Positions 19,363-28,390 of a DNA stretch of 54,797 nt are shown here, one piece after another. Location of the stretch: IMG/VR virus record IMGVR_UViG_3300020599_000094, positions 1 through 54,797 of that record; one strand, given 5' to 3'. Source of the stretch: a virus. Its lineage: Duplodnaviria; Caudoviricetes. Each line of letters starts with the position of its first letter. Position 1 is the first letter of the stretch. Both the position numbers and the translations under genes were made by a program. The notes under the pieces are model-generated. The model was not told the origin of the DNA and made no database searches. It saw nothing but the letters and a program-made list of their open reading frames with translations.

Positions 19363-20061
19363 TCAATCCTTTGAAATGCCGTAGTAAAAGGCGTAGTTAG
19401 TGTCGTCGGACTTAGAGATGTCGGATGCTCTGCTCTTTTTCGTGACACCCGATTGCACAACCGGGATGTACTCGTTCCCGGTCAGCGGCTGAGCCAAGGG
19501 AAGCTGCGAGATTTTCACCGCCTCGGTGCCGGAGCTCTCCAGAAGCATGAAGAGACCCTCTTCGGACAGAAGCTCAATCTCCGGGGCGCCGGCGGCGTGC
19601 GCAGGCCATTCCCGGTTCATAGCAAGGTCGAAGATACTGGCCCCCGTGACGAACCACGGGAATTCGCCCCACCCAGGCGGCATAAGCGGGCGCTCCCACA
19701 CTTCCAGAGGGCAGGAATAGCGCCATGAGCTGCGCCCCACCAACGTAGGGCCGCTGTACATAGACGTGAATCGACACACCAGCTTGATCAGGCCCAAAGG
19801 CGTCTTGCGCTCGATGTTGAACCAATCGGCCCCGTCGTGGATGGCGTCTCGAAACCAGGCCTCGAAAGCTGCGGCCTGGACGTCAGTCTTGAATAGAAAG
19901 TCGAACGTTCCGAGGGTCGGCACGCTTGTAAACTGACGGCGCTGCACCGCCCTTCCCGATGCCATCCCCGTGCGCAGAAACGGCTGCGCCGGGTTAAGCG
20001 TATGGCCCTCGCGCAACGGGTTGGGAAGGCCCTCCGGATAGTCGATATCAGTCTCGATCAT
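19363..20061 (-). CDS. Distal tail protein with C-terminal extension
   Basis: Directly follows the tape measure gene; about 155 aa core then a VKISQLP...IPVVQSGVTKK module. Confidence 0.7.
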   Translation of the reverse strand: MIETDIDYPEGLPNPLREGHTLNPAQPFLRTGMASGRAVQRRQFTSVPTLGTFDFLFKTDVQAAAFEAWFRDAIHDGADWFNIERKTPLGLIKLVCRFTSMYSGPTLVGRSSWRYSCPLEVWERPLMPPGWGEFPWFVTGASIFDLAMNREWPAHAAGAPEIELLSEEGLFMLLESSGTEAVKISQLPLAQPLTGNEYIPVVQSGVTKKSRASDISKSDDTNYAFYYGISKD

Positions 20062-22982
20062 CTGCCTTGCCTTCTCATTCCATACGTCGACTCAAGTGCT
20101 CGGGACGCCTTGCCCCCGCCTCGGATATCCGCGACGAACACATCGATGATTTCCTCTTGCTCGCCGCCCTGGCGCTGCTCGATTTCGCCGCCTCGCGATG
20201 CGTCTTCAATGAGGTTGACCGTAACGCGGGGAGCCATGCCGTCGCCGCCCAAAGTGGCGTCCTTGTTGCTGACCACCTGGCCGCGGGTGTTAGGCAGCAA
20301 GTACTGCCTGCCGCTAGCCGTGTTCAGTACCTCGGGCGCGCCGGTTTCGTTGATGCGGTACATCTTGCCGGCACCCACGCCGCCGCCGTACTGCTTTCCA
20401 CCGCCCAGGCTAAGCCCGACGGCCTGAATATTGCTTACCAGTCCGGCGGTTGCGGCCGCCACGCTCGCCATAGCTGCCAAATTGAGCGGCCAGGGCTGCG
20501 CCGCAGCTTGTGCAATGCCCTGCTGGATGGCAATGATGGACTGGGCAATGGCGAATGCCTTGGAGGCCGCAAACATCGCCTTGTAGAGCGCCGACTGCTC
20601 GCCCTTAGCCTGGCGCATTGTGTCGGCCAGCGCCGCGAAGCCCTCTTCGCCCGACTTGAGCAGGACCATGTTGCGGGCCTGGTCGATCTGCTCCATGCGG
20701 TCGGCATGGGTCTGCTGCAGGTCTTCGAAGATCGAGTAGTACTCTTGATAGGTGACCTTCTGCGCCTCAAGCGCTTCGCGCAGCCGCTCCAGTTGGGCCG
20801 TATAGCGCTCTTCCTCGGCCTGGGCCTCTGCTTGGTAGCGGGCGGCCTGCTCGTCGAACATGCCGCCAGAGAGCGGGGAGACGTCGCCGAGTATGTATTC
20901 CTGCGGCTTATCACCGACCTTCTTCTGCAACTCTTTCAAGCGTTCAAGCGCATAAAGTTGCTCGGCCAGGGCCTTGACGGTCGCAACCTCCTCCGGCGTA
21001 GCAAACTGATTCAGCTTCGATAGTTCGCGAGCCTTAGCCAGCTCCAGCCCTGACAGCGCGGCAAGGCCCAGCTCTTCGCGAAGGTTCGCTATGACACGGG
21101 CGTTTTCCTTATCGTTCTTGGTAGAGTCCTTGGAAGCCCCGGATGCCTTCTTCTGGGCCTCTTCCAACTCAAATATCTGCGTAGCTAGGCGTTCAGCCTC
21201 TTCTCGCTCCTCCTTCGTGGCGTTGGCGCCCAGATCCTGAATCGCTTTTAATCGCGCTCGAGCAGCGCCGCTAAGCTTGACGAGCTCCAGTTCGTCGCGC
21301 ATGCTCTGAAGGCGCTTGGCTACTTCCGGGTCAGCCTGCGCAGCGCCGCTGCCCGATCTAGCCTGTTCGCGGCGCTCGGTCGTGCTCCTGATTTCTTCGG
21401 CCCGCTTTTTCAGGACATCAAGCTGCTTCTGGGCTTCCCCGTAGGCCGCGCCCCATCCTTCCATTTGGCGAATGATGCCTTGGGCCGCAGCGGAGCCAGG
21501 CACTTCCTTGGCCAACTGTGCCTGTAGCTGCTGCACCTTATCTTGCGCATTGACCGCCAGACGGGCAGCCTCTTCAATGCGACCTTCAATGGACCGCGCG
21601 GCCGAGGTCAGCCCGGCACGGTCGAGCTGATCGAGTGATGCCGTAAGGCCATCCACGGCGCCTGAGAGGCCATCCACGTTGCCCGCAGCGGTTTTAGAGT
21701 CTCTGCCGAACGTCAATGCCGCCACCGCGGCAGATGCCAGGAGCGCAATGATGCCAACCGGACCGCCTAGTGCGCCCATGAGCAACCGACTGGCGCCCAC
21801 CATGGCCGACTGTGCCGCCTGGGCCCGAGCGACTGCAGCCGCATGAGCAGTAGCGGCTGCTGCGGCCTGGCCGTGCGAGCCGACCAACCCTACATTAGCA
21901 GCGGCTTGTTGCGCGGCGGCCTGCGTGGCGACGCGATGCGCCTGGGCCAGTCGGAGTTCTTCGGCTGCCTGAGCCCTGGCAGCGAGCACGGCCCGGCCCG
22001 ACGCGACAACAGAGGCCCCGAGCTGGGCAATATACTTGGCCAAGGCTCCCGCCCCCGCCACAAGCAGCAGGTTGACAACCGTCTCGATGTTCTCGCCCAG
22101 CGCGATTAAGGCGCTGGAGATAAGCTGCGTCGATCCGTGCGCGCGGTTGGCCTCGCCAATGAAGACACTCAGGTTGTTGGACAGGTTGCGAAAGCCGTCG
22201 CGAACGGTCGTCGCCATACCATCCGCGGCTTTCTTGTTCTCGTCCAGCGCAGCCAGGAGAGATTCGGAAAGCTCGCGGCCGGCCAGCTTCCCCTGTGCCC
22301 CCAGGCTCAGAACCTCCTGCGTAGTGCGCCCGGTCGCCCTGGCGATGTCGTCGACGATGGTCGGAATGGCGGCCAGAATCGTCTGCCAGCCGTCCGCCTC
22401 GATCTTGCCTTTGTTAAGGGCCTTTGTGACCGCATCAACCGTCGTCTTCGCCCGGTCGGTAGCGGTCGCGTTCTTCACGAAGGCATAGGACAGCGAATCG
22501 ACGATATCTAGCGATTCCTTGGTTTCATAGCCGAGGCCCTTCAGGGTGCTGGCTGTCAGCACATAGAGTTCTTGCGCCTCTTGGAGCGGGCGATATGTCG
22601 CATTGGCCGTTGCCAGGATGCGCTGCTGGACGTACTCGTACTCCTTGGCGCCGTTGGTCGCCATGGCGATGCGCTCGGCCATCTCGTTGTAGGCGTCCGC
22701 CATGTCGATCAGGCCCTGCGCGGCGCGCAGCGACACCAGGCCGGCAAGAGCGCCGTACAGACCCGAAACGCTCGAGCGCGTAGCGACAGACTCGCGCCCC
22801 AGTCCTTTGACGGCCTGCGCCGTCTTGGTCATCTGATTCTGCGTGCCATGGGCCACGCGATCGGTTTGAGCAAACGTCTTGTTCAGACGATTCAGGGACG
22901 CATCAACAGAGGTGGAGCTATCCACCAGCTTGCTGGTGTCGGCCTCAACAGTATAGAAAATGCCGCCAACTGACTCAGCCAT
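20058..22982 (-). CDS. Tail tape measure protein
   Basis: 974 aa, Ala-rich and helical, tape-measure N-terminal domain, C-terminal YRINETGAPE motif. Confidence 0.93.
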   Translation of the reverse strand: MAESVGGIFYTVEADTSKLVDSSTSVDASLNRLNKTFAQTDRVAHGTQNQMTKTAQAVKGLGRESVATRSSVSGLYGALAGLVSLRAAQGLIDMADAYNEMAERIAMATNGAKEYEYVQQRILATANATYRPLQEAQELYVLTASTLKGLGYETKESLDIVDSLSYAFVKNATATDRAKTTVDAVTKALNKGKIEADGWQTILAAIPTIVDDIARATGRTTQEVLSLGAQGKLAGRELSESLLAALDENKKAADGMATTVRDGFRNLSNNLSVFIGEANRAHGSTQLISSALIALGENIETVVNLLLVAGAGALAKYIAQLGASVVASGRAVLAARAQAAEELRLAQAHRVATQAAAQQAAANVGLVGSHGQAAAAATAHAAAVARAQAAQSAMVGASRLLMGALGGPVGIIALLASAAVAALTFGRDSKTAAGNVDGLSGAVDGLTASLDQLDRAGLTSAARSIEGRIEEAARLAVNAQDKVQQLQAQLAKEVPGSAAAQGIIRQMEGWGAAYGEAQKQLDVLKKRAEEIRSTTERREQARSGSGAAQADPEVAKRLQSMRDELELVKLSGAARARLKAIQDLGANATKEEREEAERLATQIFELEEAQKKASGASKDSTKNDKENARVIANLREELGLAALSGLELAKARELSKLNQFATPEEVATVKALAEQLYALERLKELQKKVGDKPQEYILGDVSPLSGGMFDEQAARYQAEAQAEEERYTAQLERLREALEAQKVTYQEYYSIFEDLQQTHADRMEQIDQARNMVLLKSGEEGFAALADTMRQAKGEQSALYKAMFAASKAFAIAQSIIAIQQGIAQAAAQPWPLNLAAMASVAAATAGLVSNIQAVGLSLGGGKQYGGGVGAGKMYRINETGAPEVLNTASGRQYLLPNTRGQVVSNKDATLGGDGMAPRVTVNLIEDASRGGEIEQRQGGEQEEIIDVFVADIRGGGKASRALESTYGMRRQGR

Positions 22983-23590
22983 CAGTGCGCCCCTTGATTC
23001 TGCTTGCGAGCTGCCTCGACGCGCTCGTACCACTCCATGGTGGCGTTATGCTCTTCTGCCGTTGGGGCCCGTGCACCCGGCGCGTTACTCTCGACTGGCG
23101 GAAACTTTGCCCTCAATGCCCCGACGAGCTCAGTCATGGTCAATTGCCACGCCTCGGCGCTTGACATGCCCAAGTGCGCGATAGCCAGGGACACATGGGC
23201 CCGAGCATCGAACTCTTTCACGTACTCCGGCTCTTGGCCGGCCTTGCGCGGCAATTCGGGCAACGCACCCGTGATCCCATGTTTCATCAAGCAGCGGGCC
23301 AGGGGCAAAACATGCTCAGCCGGGGCCAAACCGGGTACGTACTTCAGCCCGCCCTCGGTGACCCCGTGGCCGCCGTAGAGTTCGGCAAGATCGTCTTCCG
23401 AGCAGGCGTAGATCACGGCCAGGGCATCGTCAAACTGCTCGGCATGAGGTTGTTCCGACATCACGCTGGCGTATACCCTGACGATCTCTACCGGCTCGCC
23501 GATCTGCGTCATGGCGTAAAGCGACGGGCGCAACTTGTACTCACGGCCTTCAAAACTGATGCCGATCTCGCCAATTTGGGTTAAAACCAT
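22982..23590 (-). CDS. Tail assembly chaperone (DUF6246-like)
   Basis: Immediately upstream of the tape measure gene with TGATG overlap. Confidence 0.65.
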   Translation of the reverse strand: MVLTQIGEIGISFEGREYKLRPSLYAMTQIGEPVEIVRVYASVMSEQPHAEQFDDALAVIYACSEDDLAELYGGHGVTEGGLKYVPGLAPAEHVLPLARCLMKHGITGALPELPRKAGQEPEYVKEFDARAHVSLAIAHLGMSSAEAWQLTMTELVGALRAKFPPVESNAPGARAPTAEEHNATMEWYERVEAARKQNQGAH

Positions 23591-23595
23591 CGCTT

Positions 23596-24234
23596 ATGGA
23601 CTCACTTGTTTCCACTGCCCACACCATCGAATCAGCCTTCGATCCGGCTCAATGGATGGTTGTCGTCGCCTTCCCGAAAAGCACCTCGAAGCAATTCCCT
23701 GCCGCCCTGGAACTGGCTCAGCAGGCAGGCCGCTATGAGGTCATTCCTTTCGGCGGCACCCCCATGCATGTGGCGGGCTTCGCTCCCACAGAGGCTGGCG
23801 CCCGCCTCGCCCTCGCCCTACTCGATATCGTCAGCGGCTGGAAAGGCGTTTTCACGTTCAGCAAAGGCGATCAGGTCCGCAACAAATGGACATTGATCGA
23901 GGTCCTGCGTTGCTACCTGACATCTTGCCGCTGCGAAGACCCGACCGCGCATTGCTTTACGATGATCGATGACCCCAGCTTTGTACCGGTCAAGTCGTTC
24001 TCGATGCGCATTTCTGTCGAATACGTCGATACAACGAGACCGGTTGAGATCGACCGCTACGTCTTCCCCTGTCGCTTGCTCAGCCAGGATATGAAGTTCG
24101 AGGCCGATCACCCCGCAAGCCTGCGCAGCCAGGTACAAGCGGCTGCCGTGAATCATGGGTGCTGGATATGCCCCCGCTTCGACCCCGACAATCTCAAGAA
24201 AGTCGGGGTCGCCACGTATCGGGTTGAGGCTTAG
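23596..24234 (+). CDS. Cys-rich hypothetical protein, moron antisense to the tail operon
   Basis: 212 aa ORF that exactly fills the gap between the major tail and chaperone genes. Confidence 0.75.
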   Translation: MDSLVSTAHTIESAFDPAQWMVVVAFPKSTSKQFPAALELAQQAGRYEVIPFGGTPMHVAGFAPTEAGARLALALLDIVSGWKGVFTFSKGDQVRNKWTLIEVLRCYLTSCRCEDPTAHCFTMIDDPSFVPVKSFSMRISVEYVDTTRPVEIDRYVFPCRLLSQDMKFEADHPASLRSQVQAAAVNHGCWICPRFDPDNLKKVGVATYRVEA

Positions 24235-24974
24235 GTCACCGTCACCACGCACGTTCCCGACTTGGTATTGTCAGACGTGCTCGTGGCAGTGATGGTTGCG
24301 GTCGTCGCCGTGGTCGTCAGGGCCGTCACGACGCCCGTGTACGCATTGACCGACACTTCGGTCGGCTCGTCGCTGGTCCACGTCACGCCCTGAGGCGCAT
24401 TCGTGGGCAGGACAACGGCCTCGATATCGTAGGTGTCGCCCACATCAAGGCTCAGCGTAGCGGGGACCACAGACACGCCAGTAATGACTGCATCCGGGTT
24501 GGGCGTATCCTCGACGATCAGGCCGAAGTCGCTGGCAGTGGCCGAAGCTTCGAAGCTGTAGGTCACCACATCATCGAACGGGGCCGAACGACTCATGTTC
24601 GTCACGATCATGAAGGCCGTGAAGGTCAGATCGGGGAACGTCATGCGTACCCAGGCGACAGGCTGGCCGCTGGTGGCCGCAGGGTTGGCGACGTGCTTGG
24701 TCAACTCAATCAGGTTCGCTGCGCCAGCGCCAGCCGCCTTCACCACGCCGTCTCCGGAGATGGATAGCGTCTGGAACGTCGCCAGGTTCTCACGCAGGGC
24801 GCCGATGGAGTCATCGGCAGTCGCGTCCGTCGTTTCCCATTCGAGCGTAAATTCCTTGGTTCGCATCGAGCCGAACCGCTTCCAATCATTGGCGCCCGGC
24901 AATTCGTCGCCGCAGCCAATGAAATACTCCATGACGACATCGCGCCCGACAAACTTCTGTTTTTCGCAAGCCAT
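24231..24974 (-). CDS. Major tail tube protein with C-terminal Ig-like (Big_2) domain
   Basis: Tube core followed by ITGVSVVPATLSLDVG...VTWTSD...ATITATS...CVVTVT. Confidence 0.88.
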   Translation of the reverse strand: MACEKQKFVGRDVVMEYFIGCGDELPGANDWKRFGSMRTKEFTLEWETTDATADDSIGALRENLATFQTLSISGDGVVKAAGAGAANLIELTKHVANPAATSGQPVAWVRMTFPDLTFTAFMIVTNMSRSAPFDDVVTYSFEASATASDFGLIVEDTPNPDAVITGVSVVPATLSLDVGDTYDIEAVVLPTNAPQGVTWTSDEPTEVSVNAYTGVVTALTTTATTATITATSTSDNTKSGTCVVTVT

Positions 24975-24984
24975 GTTGGCCTCC

Positions 24985-25350
24985 TTAAAAAATCACTTCA
25001 AAATCGACCTGTATCCAGGCCCGGTTCTCAGTTGTGTATCCAGGCCCGGACGGCTCGCCCATCGCCCGTACATTCGCCGCCCCGCAGGGCAGTGAATCTC
25101 CCATGCCAGCCACGATCAGCGCATTTGCGGCATCAATGAGTTGTTGCGCGTCTTCGCGATGATTTCGGCGCCCCAGCAGAATCACGCGAAAGCGCGGATA
25201 GCGCGTGTCAACGACCGGCGCCGGGCCGCCCGCAGCCTGAACGACGCAATACCAATTGCTGTCAATGGCCGAAGCCTCGACCCATTGGCCGTAGGCAAAG
25301 GCGTAGCCGGTAATGACCGTGCCTACCCAGTTGCGAAATTCAACGAGCAT
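24985..25350 (-). CDS. Tail terminator-like protein
   Basis: Size and synteny upstream of the tube gene. Confidence 0.6.
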   Translation of the reverse strand: MLVEFRNWVGTVITGYAFAYGQWVEASAIDSNWYCVVQAAGGPAPVVDTRYPRFRVILLGRRNHREDAQQLIDAANALIVAGMGDSLPCGAANVRAMGEPSGPGYTTENRAWIQVDFEVIF

Positions 25351-25735
25351 ATGCAGCCTTCAGAATGGCGGGAATGGACGGCTTGATTTGCTCGAAGCCT
25401 TTGGCCAGAAACTGAGGCTCGGCGTTCGGATCCCAGTACTGGCCGTTGCCGCTCGGGCGCGGCACGCCTTTTAGCTTTCCAGGCGCGTCGTGCACTGCGC
25501 CCGCGTAGCTCGCCGTGTATCCGACATGCCCTATGGTCTTGCCCGGCTGGCGGCTGATCTGAGGCGCGTATCGGCTGTTGATGAGCGTGCTGGTATCTAC
25601 TGGCGTCATCGTGTCCGACATGGCCGCGCCTTGGCTCAGTACGGCATAGACCGCCTTGTCGGTGCGCTGGCCGTCGATCTCCTCGACTTTAAGGCGATAA
25701 GCACGCCTGACTCGTTCAATTCCCTTAACCGGCAT
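25340..25735 (-). CDS. Tail completion / neck protein
   Basis: TPVDTSTLINS and YTASYAGAVH motifs of the HK97 gp10-like class. Confidence 0.65.
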   Translation of the reverse strand: MPVKGIERVRRAYRLKVEEIDGQRTDKAVYAVLSQGAAMSDTMTPVDTSTLINSRYAPQISRQPGKTIGHVGYTASYAGAVHDAPGKLKGVPRPSGNGQYWDPNAEPQFLAKGFEQIKPSIPAILKAAYAR

Positions 25736-26058
25736 CACGTCACCAATTTGTAGTCGGGCGTTTCGCCAAAGAAGCTCATATCCCACCAGGTACGGCTGCG
25801 AATCTCTTGCCATTCGGCATCGCCCTCCAACTGGATCATGTCCAACATCTTCGGGCGCGCATCCTCGGTGAAAATCTCGAAGCGGCTTACGAACTCTGCG
25901 CCGTTGTCATCGCGTTGCTGCTGCGATACGGCCGTCCAAGTGCAGGCGATGGTGTATTCCGGTCCATATGACGTCCCGCCCCACTCGCTCATGCCCAAGA
26001 AGGGTTTTACGGTAGCTGTGTTGGTGTAGCTCCAGTTAGCTGTGCTCGACACGATCAA
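25735..26058 (-). CDS. Head closure protein
   Basis: Size and synteny. Confidence 0.55.
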   Translation of the reverse strand: MIVSSTANWSYTNTATVKPFLGMSEWGGTSYGPEYTIACTWTAVSQQQRDDNGAEFVSRFEIFTEDARPKMLDMIQLEGDAEWQEIRSRTWWDMSFFGETPDYKLVT

Positions 26059-26453
26059 CCCTCACAACAGAACTTGCCACCTCTTCCGATCCAGATGCCG
26101 CCATGAGCGGTTACCGTTGGGTCGGGCGGAACAAGACCGGTCGTACAGCCATACTTATCAAGGCCTCGCAGCAAGCCCAACAAGCCCTTCCATCGGTCCG
26201 CAAAAGCGAGGTAGCGAAAGGACCGCGACGCGCCAGAGGGCGCCGTCTGGCTGGAGATATATTTGTCGCCCTGCGCGAGCCCCATCAGACCCAGCAGATA
26301 GCACTGGATGAGCAGCGCCACCGCGGGCGAGTAGTGCTCGGCCAGGCAGTCGTTAATGGTGTTGACCTGCTCCACGAGCGCGGTCAGAAGGAAATCAGGC
26401 AGATTGACGCCGACAGAGTCAAGGTACTCGCGGGCCTGTTCGACTGTGATCAT
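26055..26453 (-). CDS. Head-tail adaptor
   Basis: MITVEQAREYL start, SQTAPSGASRSF motif; synteny. Confidence 0.6.
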   Translation of the reverse strand: MITVEQAREYLDSVGVNLPDFLLTALVEQVNTINDCLAEHYSPAVALLIQCYLLGLMGLAQGDKYISSQTAPSGASRSFRYLAFADRWKGLLGLLRGLDKYGCTTGLVPPDPTVTAHGGIWIGRGGKFCCEG

Positions 26454-26500
26454 GTCTGATTCCGGAAATAGATACGCCCCGCCACGAATGGCAGGGCGTT

Positions 26501-26523
26501 AAAAAAGCCGCTCGGGGCGGCTT
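26501..26523 (-). terminator. Terminator after the capsid gene cluster
   Basis: Minus strand AAGCCGCCCCGAGCGGCTTTTTT. Confidence 0.7.
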
Positions 26524-26812
26524 ACTCGGTTGCGGGTTTCAGCGGATCGCCGTCAGGAAGCAGCTCGGCGAGTTCTTCGGCGCTCTTGCGGCCGTCGAAA
26601 TCGATGTCGAGTTCCTTCAGGCGCTTGGCGATCTCGCCCTTGGTGGGCTTCTTGCCGCCAGCCGGGGCGCTGGGCGTGGCCGGCACCAGTTCGGCAGCTT
26701 GGCCACGCAGAGGGCGCACGTTGGCTTTCAGAGCAGGGTGAAGCTGTTTCAACTCCACAACGTCGCCACGGCTGACGCCATGCCAGGGGCGGATGACTTC
26801 GTACTTTGCCAT
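26522..26812 (-). CDS. Small post-capsid protein with C-terminal helix-extension-helix-like motif
   Basis: KGEIAKRLKELDIDFDGRKSAEELAELL. Confidence 0.65.
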   Translation of the reverse strand: MAKYEVIRPWHGVSRGDVVELKQLHPALKANVRPLRGQAAELVPATPSAPAGGKKPTKGEIAKRLKELDIDFDGRKSAEELAELLPDGDPLKPATE

Positions 26813-26822
26813 GTCGTTCCCC

Positions 26823-27914
26823 TTAGTCCAGGTTGGCGCCGTAGATCACGCCCGACTTGCCCTCGCCATCCTTCTTCACTTGCAGACCCATCGCAGCCAT
26901 GATCTGGTAGTTGTAGTTGGACTGAGGCATGGGGCGCGGCAGAGGAACAACCCCTGTAGCCATGCCCACCAGCGGAGACACGACATCTTGACGGCGCTGG
27001 TATGCGATGAACTCGTTGCCCGACAGCGCGAACGTCTGACGAATCGACCCAGCCGGAATGTACTGAGTGATAAGCTGCAGCACTGTTCCGCCCGCCAGAA
27101 GCGTCGAGCCTCCGATAGCAACGGTTGCGGGCTTCATCAGGTTGGCCATGATTTGAGGCGACACCCAAAGAACATCGTAAGCCGCAACGAAGTTATCGCG
27201 AGCCGCCTGGCCGAACGCGCCAGAGGTAAAGAACGTGGCGATTTCTGTCTGGCTGGCCGTGGTCAGATCGATATTCGCCCCGCCCGAGCCGCTTCCCAGA
27301 TTGATCTTGATGGTGTTGCGGTGGTTCCGCAGGCCCTGGGCTGGGTAGCTCTGCACCTGAATGGTGGCGTCGCCGTCCAGCACGTAAGACACTAGGCGCT
27401 TGTGGAACTTGCGCATCTTGGCCGCCTGGCTATCCAGCACCAAGTCAATGCCGACAGTTTGCAAGCCGGCAGCGTGGCGCCAGTTGACGCCATATCCGGC
27501 AGTGAAAACCGGGATAGGATCGCCGTCCGAGTCGTACTCGGTGTGGTCGAAGCTGTAGGGCGGCTGGCCGTCCATGCTGATCGACACGTCGTCAGCGATG
27601 TCGCCGGTCACGTTGTACAGCTTTGCCGTCTTACCAATGGGCAGCACGGTCTGGACGGTCAGCAGATCATTGACGATCTCCATGCCGGTCTCTTGGTCGC
27701 GCATTTGGATAACCTGACGGTCGATCTCGGCCCAGAAGTCGCGACCATATCCGTCAACGGCATTCGCCGCCAGCATTTCCGGCGTCATAACGGCGCGGTT
27801 GGCTTCAATCATGGCCGCATTCTGGCGATTCCAGATATTGCGGTTCGCCCACAGTTCGTTCCAGTGGCCGCGCAGGCGGCTATTTGCCGCCAGGGTTTCG
27901 GGGGTAAAAAACAT
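26823..27914 (-). CDS. Major capsid protein
   Basis: 363 aa, strong AAGGAG RBS, follows the protease and decoration genes. Confidence 0.85.
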   Translation of the reverse strand: MFFTPETLAANSRLRGHWNELWANRNIWNRQNAAMIEANRAVMTPEMLAANAVDGYGRDFWAEIDRQVIQMRDQETGMEIVNDLLTVQTVLPIGKTAKLYNVTGDIADDVSISMDGQPPYSFDHTEYDSDGDPIPVFTAGYGVNWRHAAGLQTVGIDLVLDSQAAKMRKFHKRLVSYVLDGDATIQVQSYPAQGLRNHRNTIKINLGSGSGGANIDLTTASQTEIATFFTSGAFGQAARDNFVAAYDVLWVSPQIMANLMKPATVAIGGSTLLAGGTVLQLITQYIPAGSIRQTFALSGNEFIAYQRRQDVVSPLVGMATGVVPLPRPMPQSNYNYQIMAAMGLQVKKDGEGKSGVIYGANLD

Positions 27915-27931
27915 GTTGTATTCTCCTTGGC

Positions 27932-28390
27932 TTATTCGCCGTCAGCATCACCGGCGGCCACAGTGCCGACGCGGAAACGAACGCGGATGAAGTCGGTTTG
28001 ACCGCTGGCGATAACAGCATCGTCCTGGCTGTAGCCAAGCACGGTGTCGGTATCATCGGCGGCAATGGCGCCCTGACCGCTGGCCCCCAACTTGATGGGC
28101 GTGTCTTTGGCGTAAGTGCCGGCCGGGCACAGGATGGCCAGTTCGCGGCCTTCCTCTACGTAGTTGCCAACGGCTGAGTCACCAGCAGGCACGGCGTCAC
28201 GAATGCCAAGGCCTTGGTGATAGGCGCACTCGATCACGTACAGGCGGCCGACGGTTTCAGCAGCCTGGGCGAACTCGTTGTCGCCATCTATGACAGCGAA
28301 GGTGCCGGGCAGAATGTTTGCTGCGGCAACGCGGGTCTCAGTCTTGTAAAGCGACTGCCCGTCAATATTGACTCGACGATAGCGGCTCAT
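27932..28390 (-). CDS. Head decoration protein
   Basis: 152 aa, Gly/Ala-rich, between the protease and capsid genes. Confidence 0.65.
   Translation of the reverse strand: MSRYRRVNIDGQSLYKTETRVAAANILPGTFAVIDGDNEFAQAAETVGRLYVIECAYHQGLGIRDAVPAGDSAVGNYVEEGRELAILCPAGTYAKDTPIKLGASGQGAIAADDTDTVLGYSQDDAVIASGQTDFIRVRFRVGTVAAGDADGE

Noticed and set aside
22982-24231. Lambda G/GT programmed frameshift
   Set aside because: A single continuous chaperone ORF abuts the tape measure gene; no second frame or slippery site is needed
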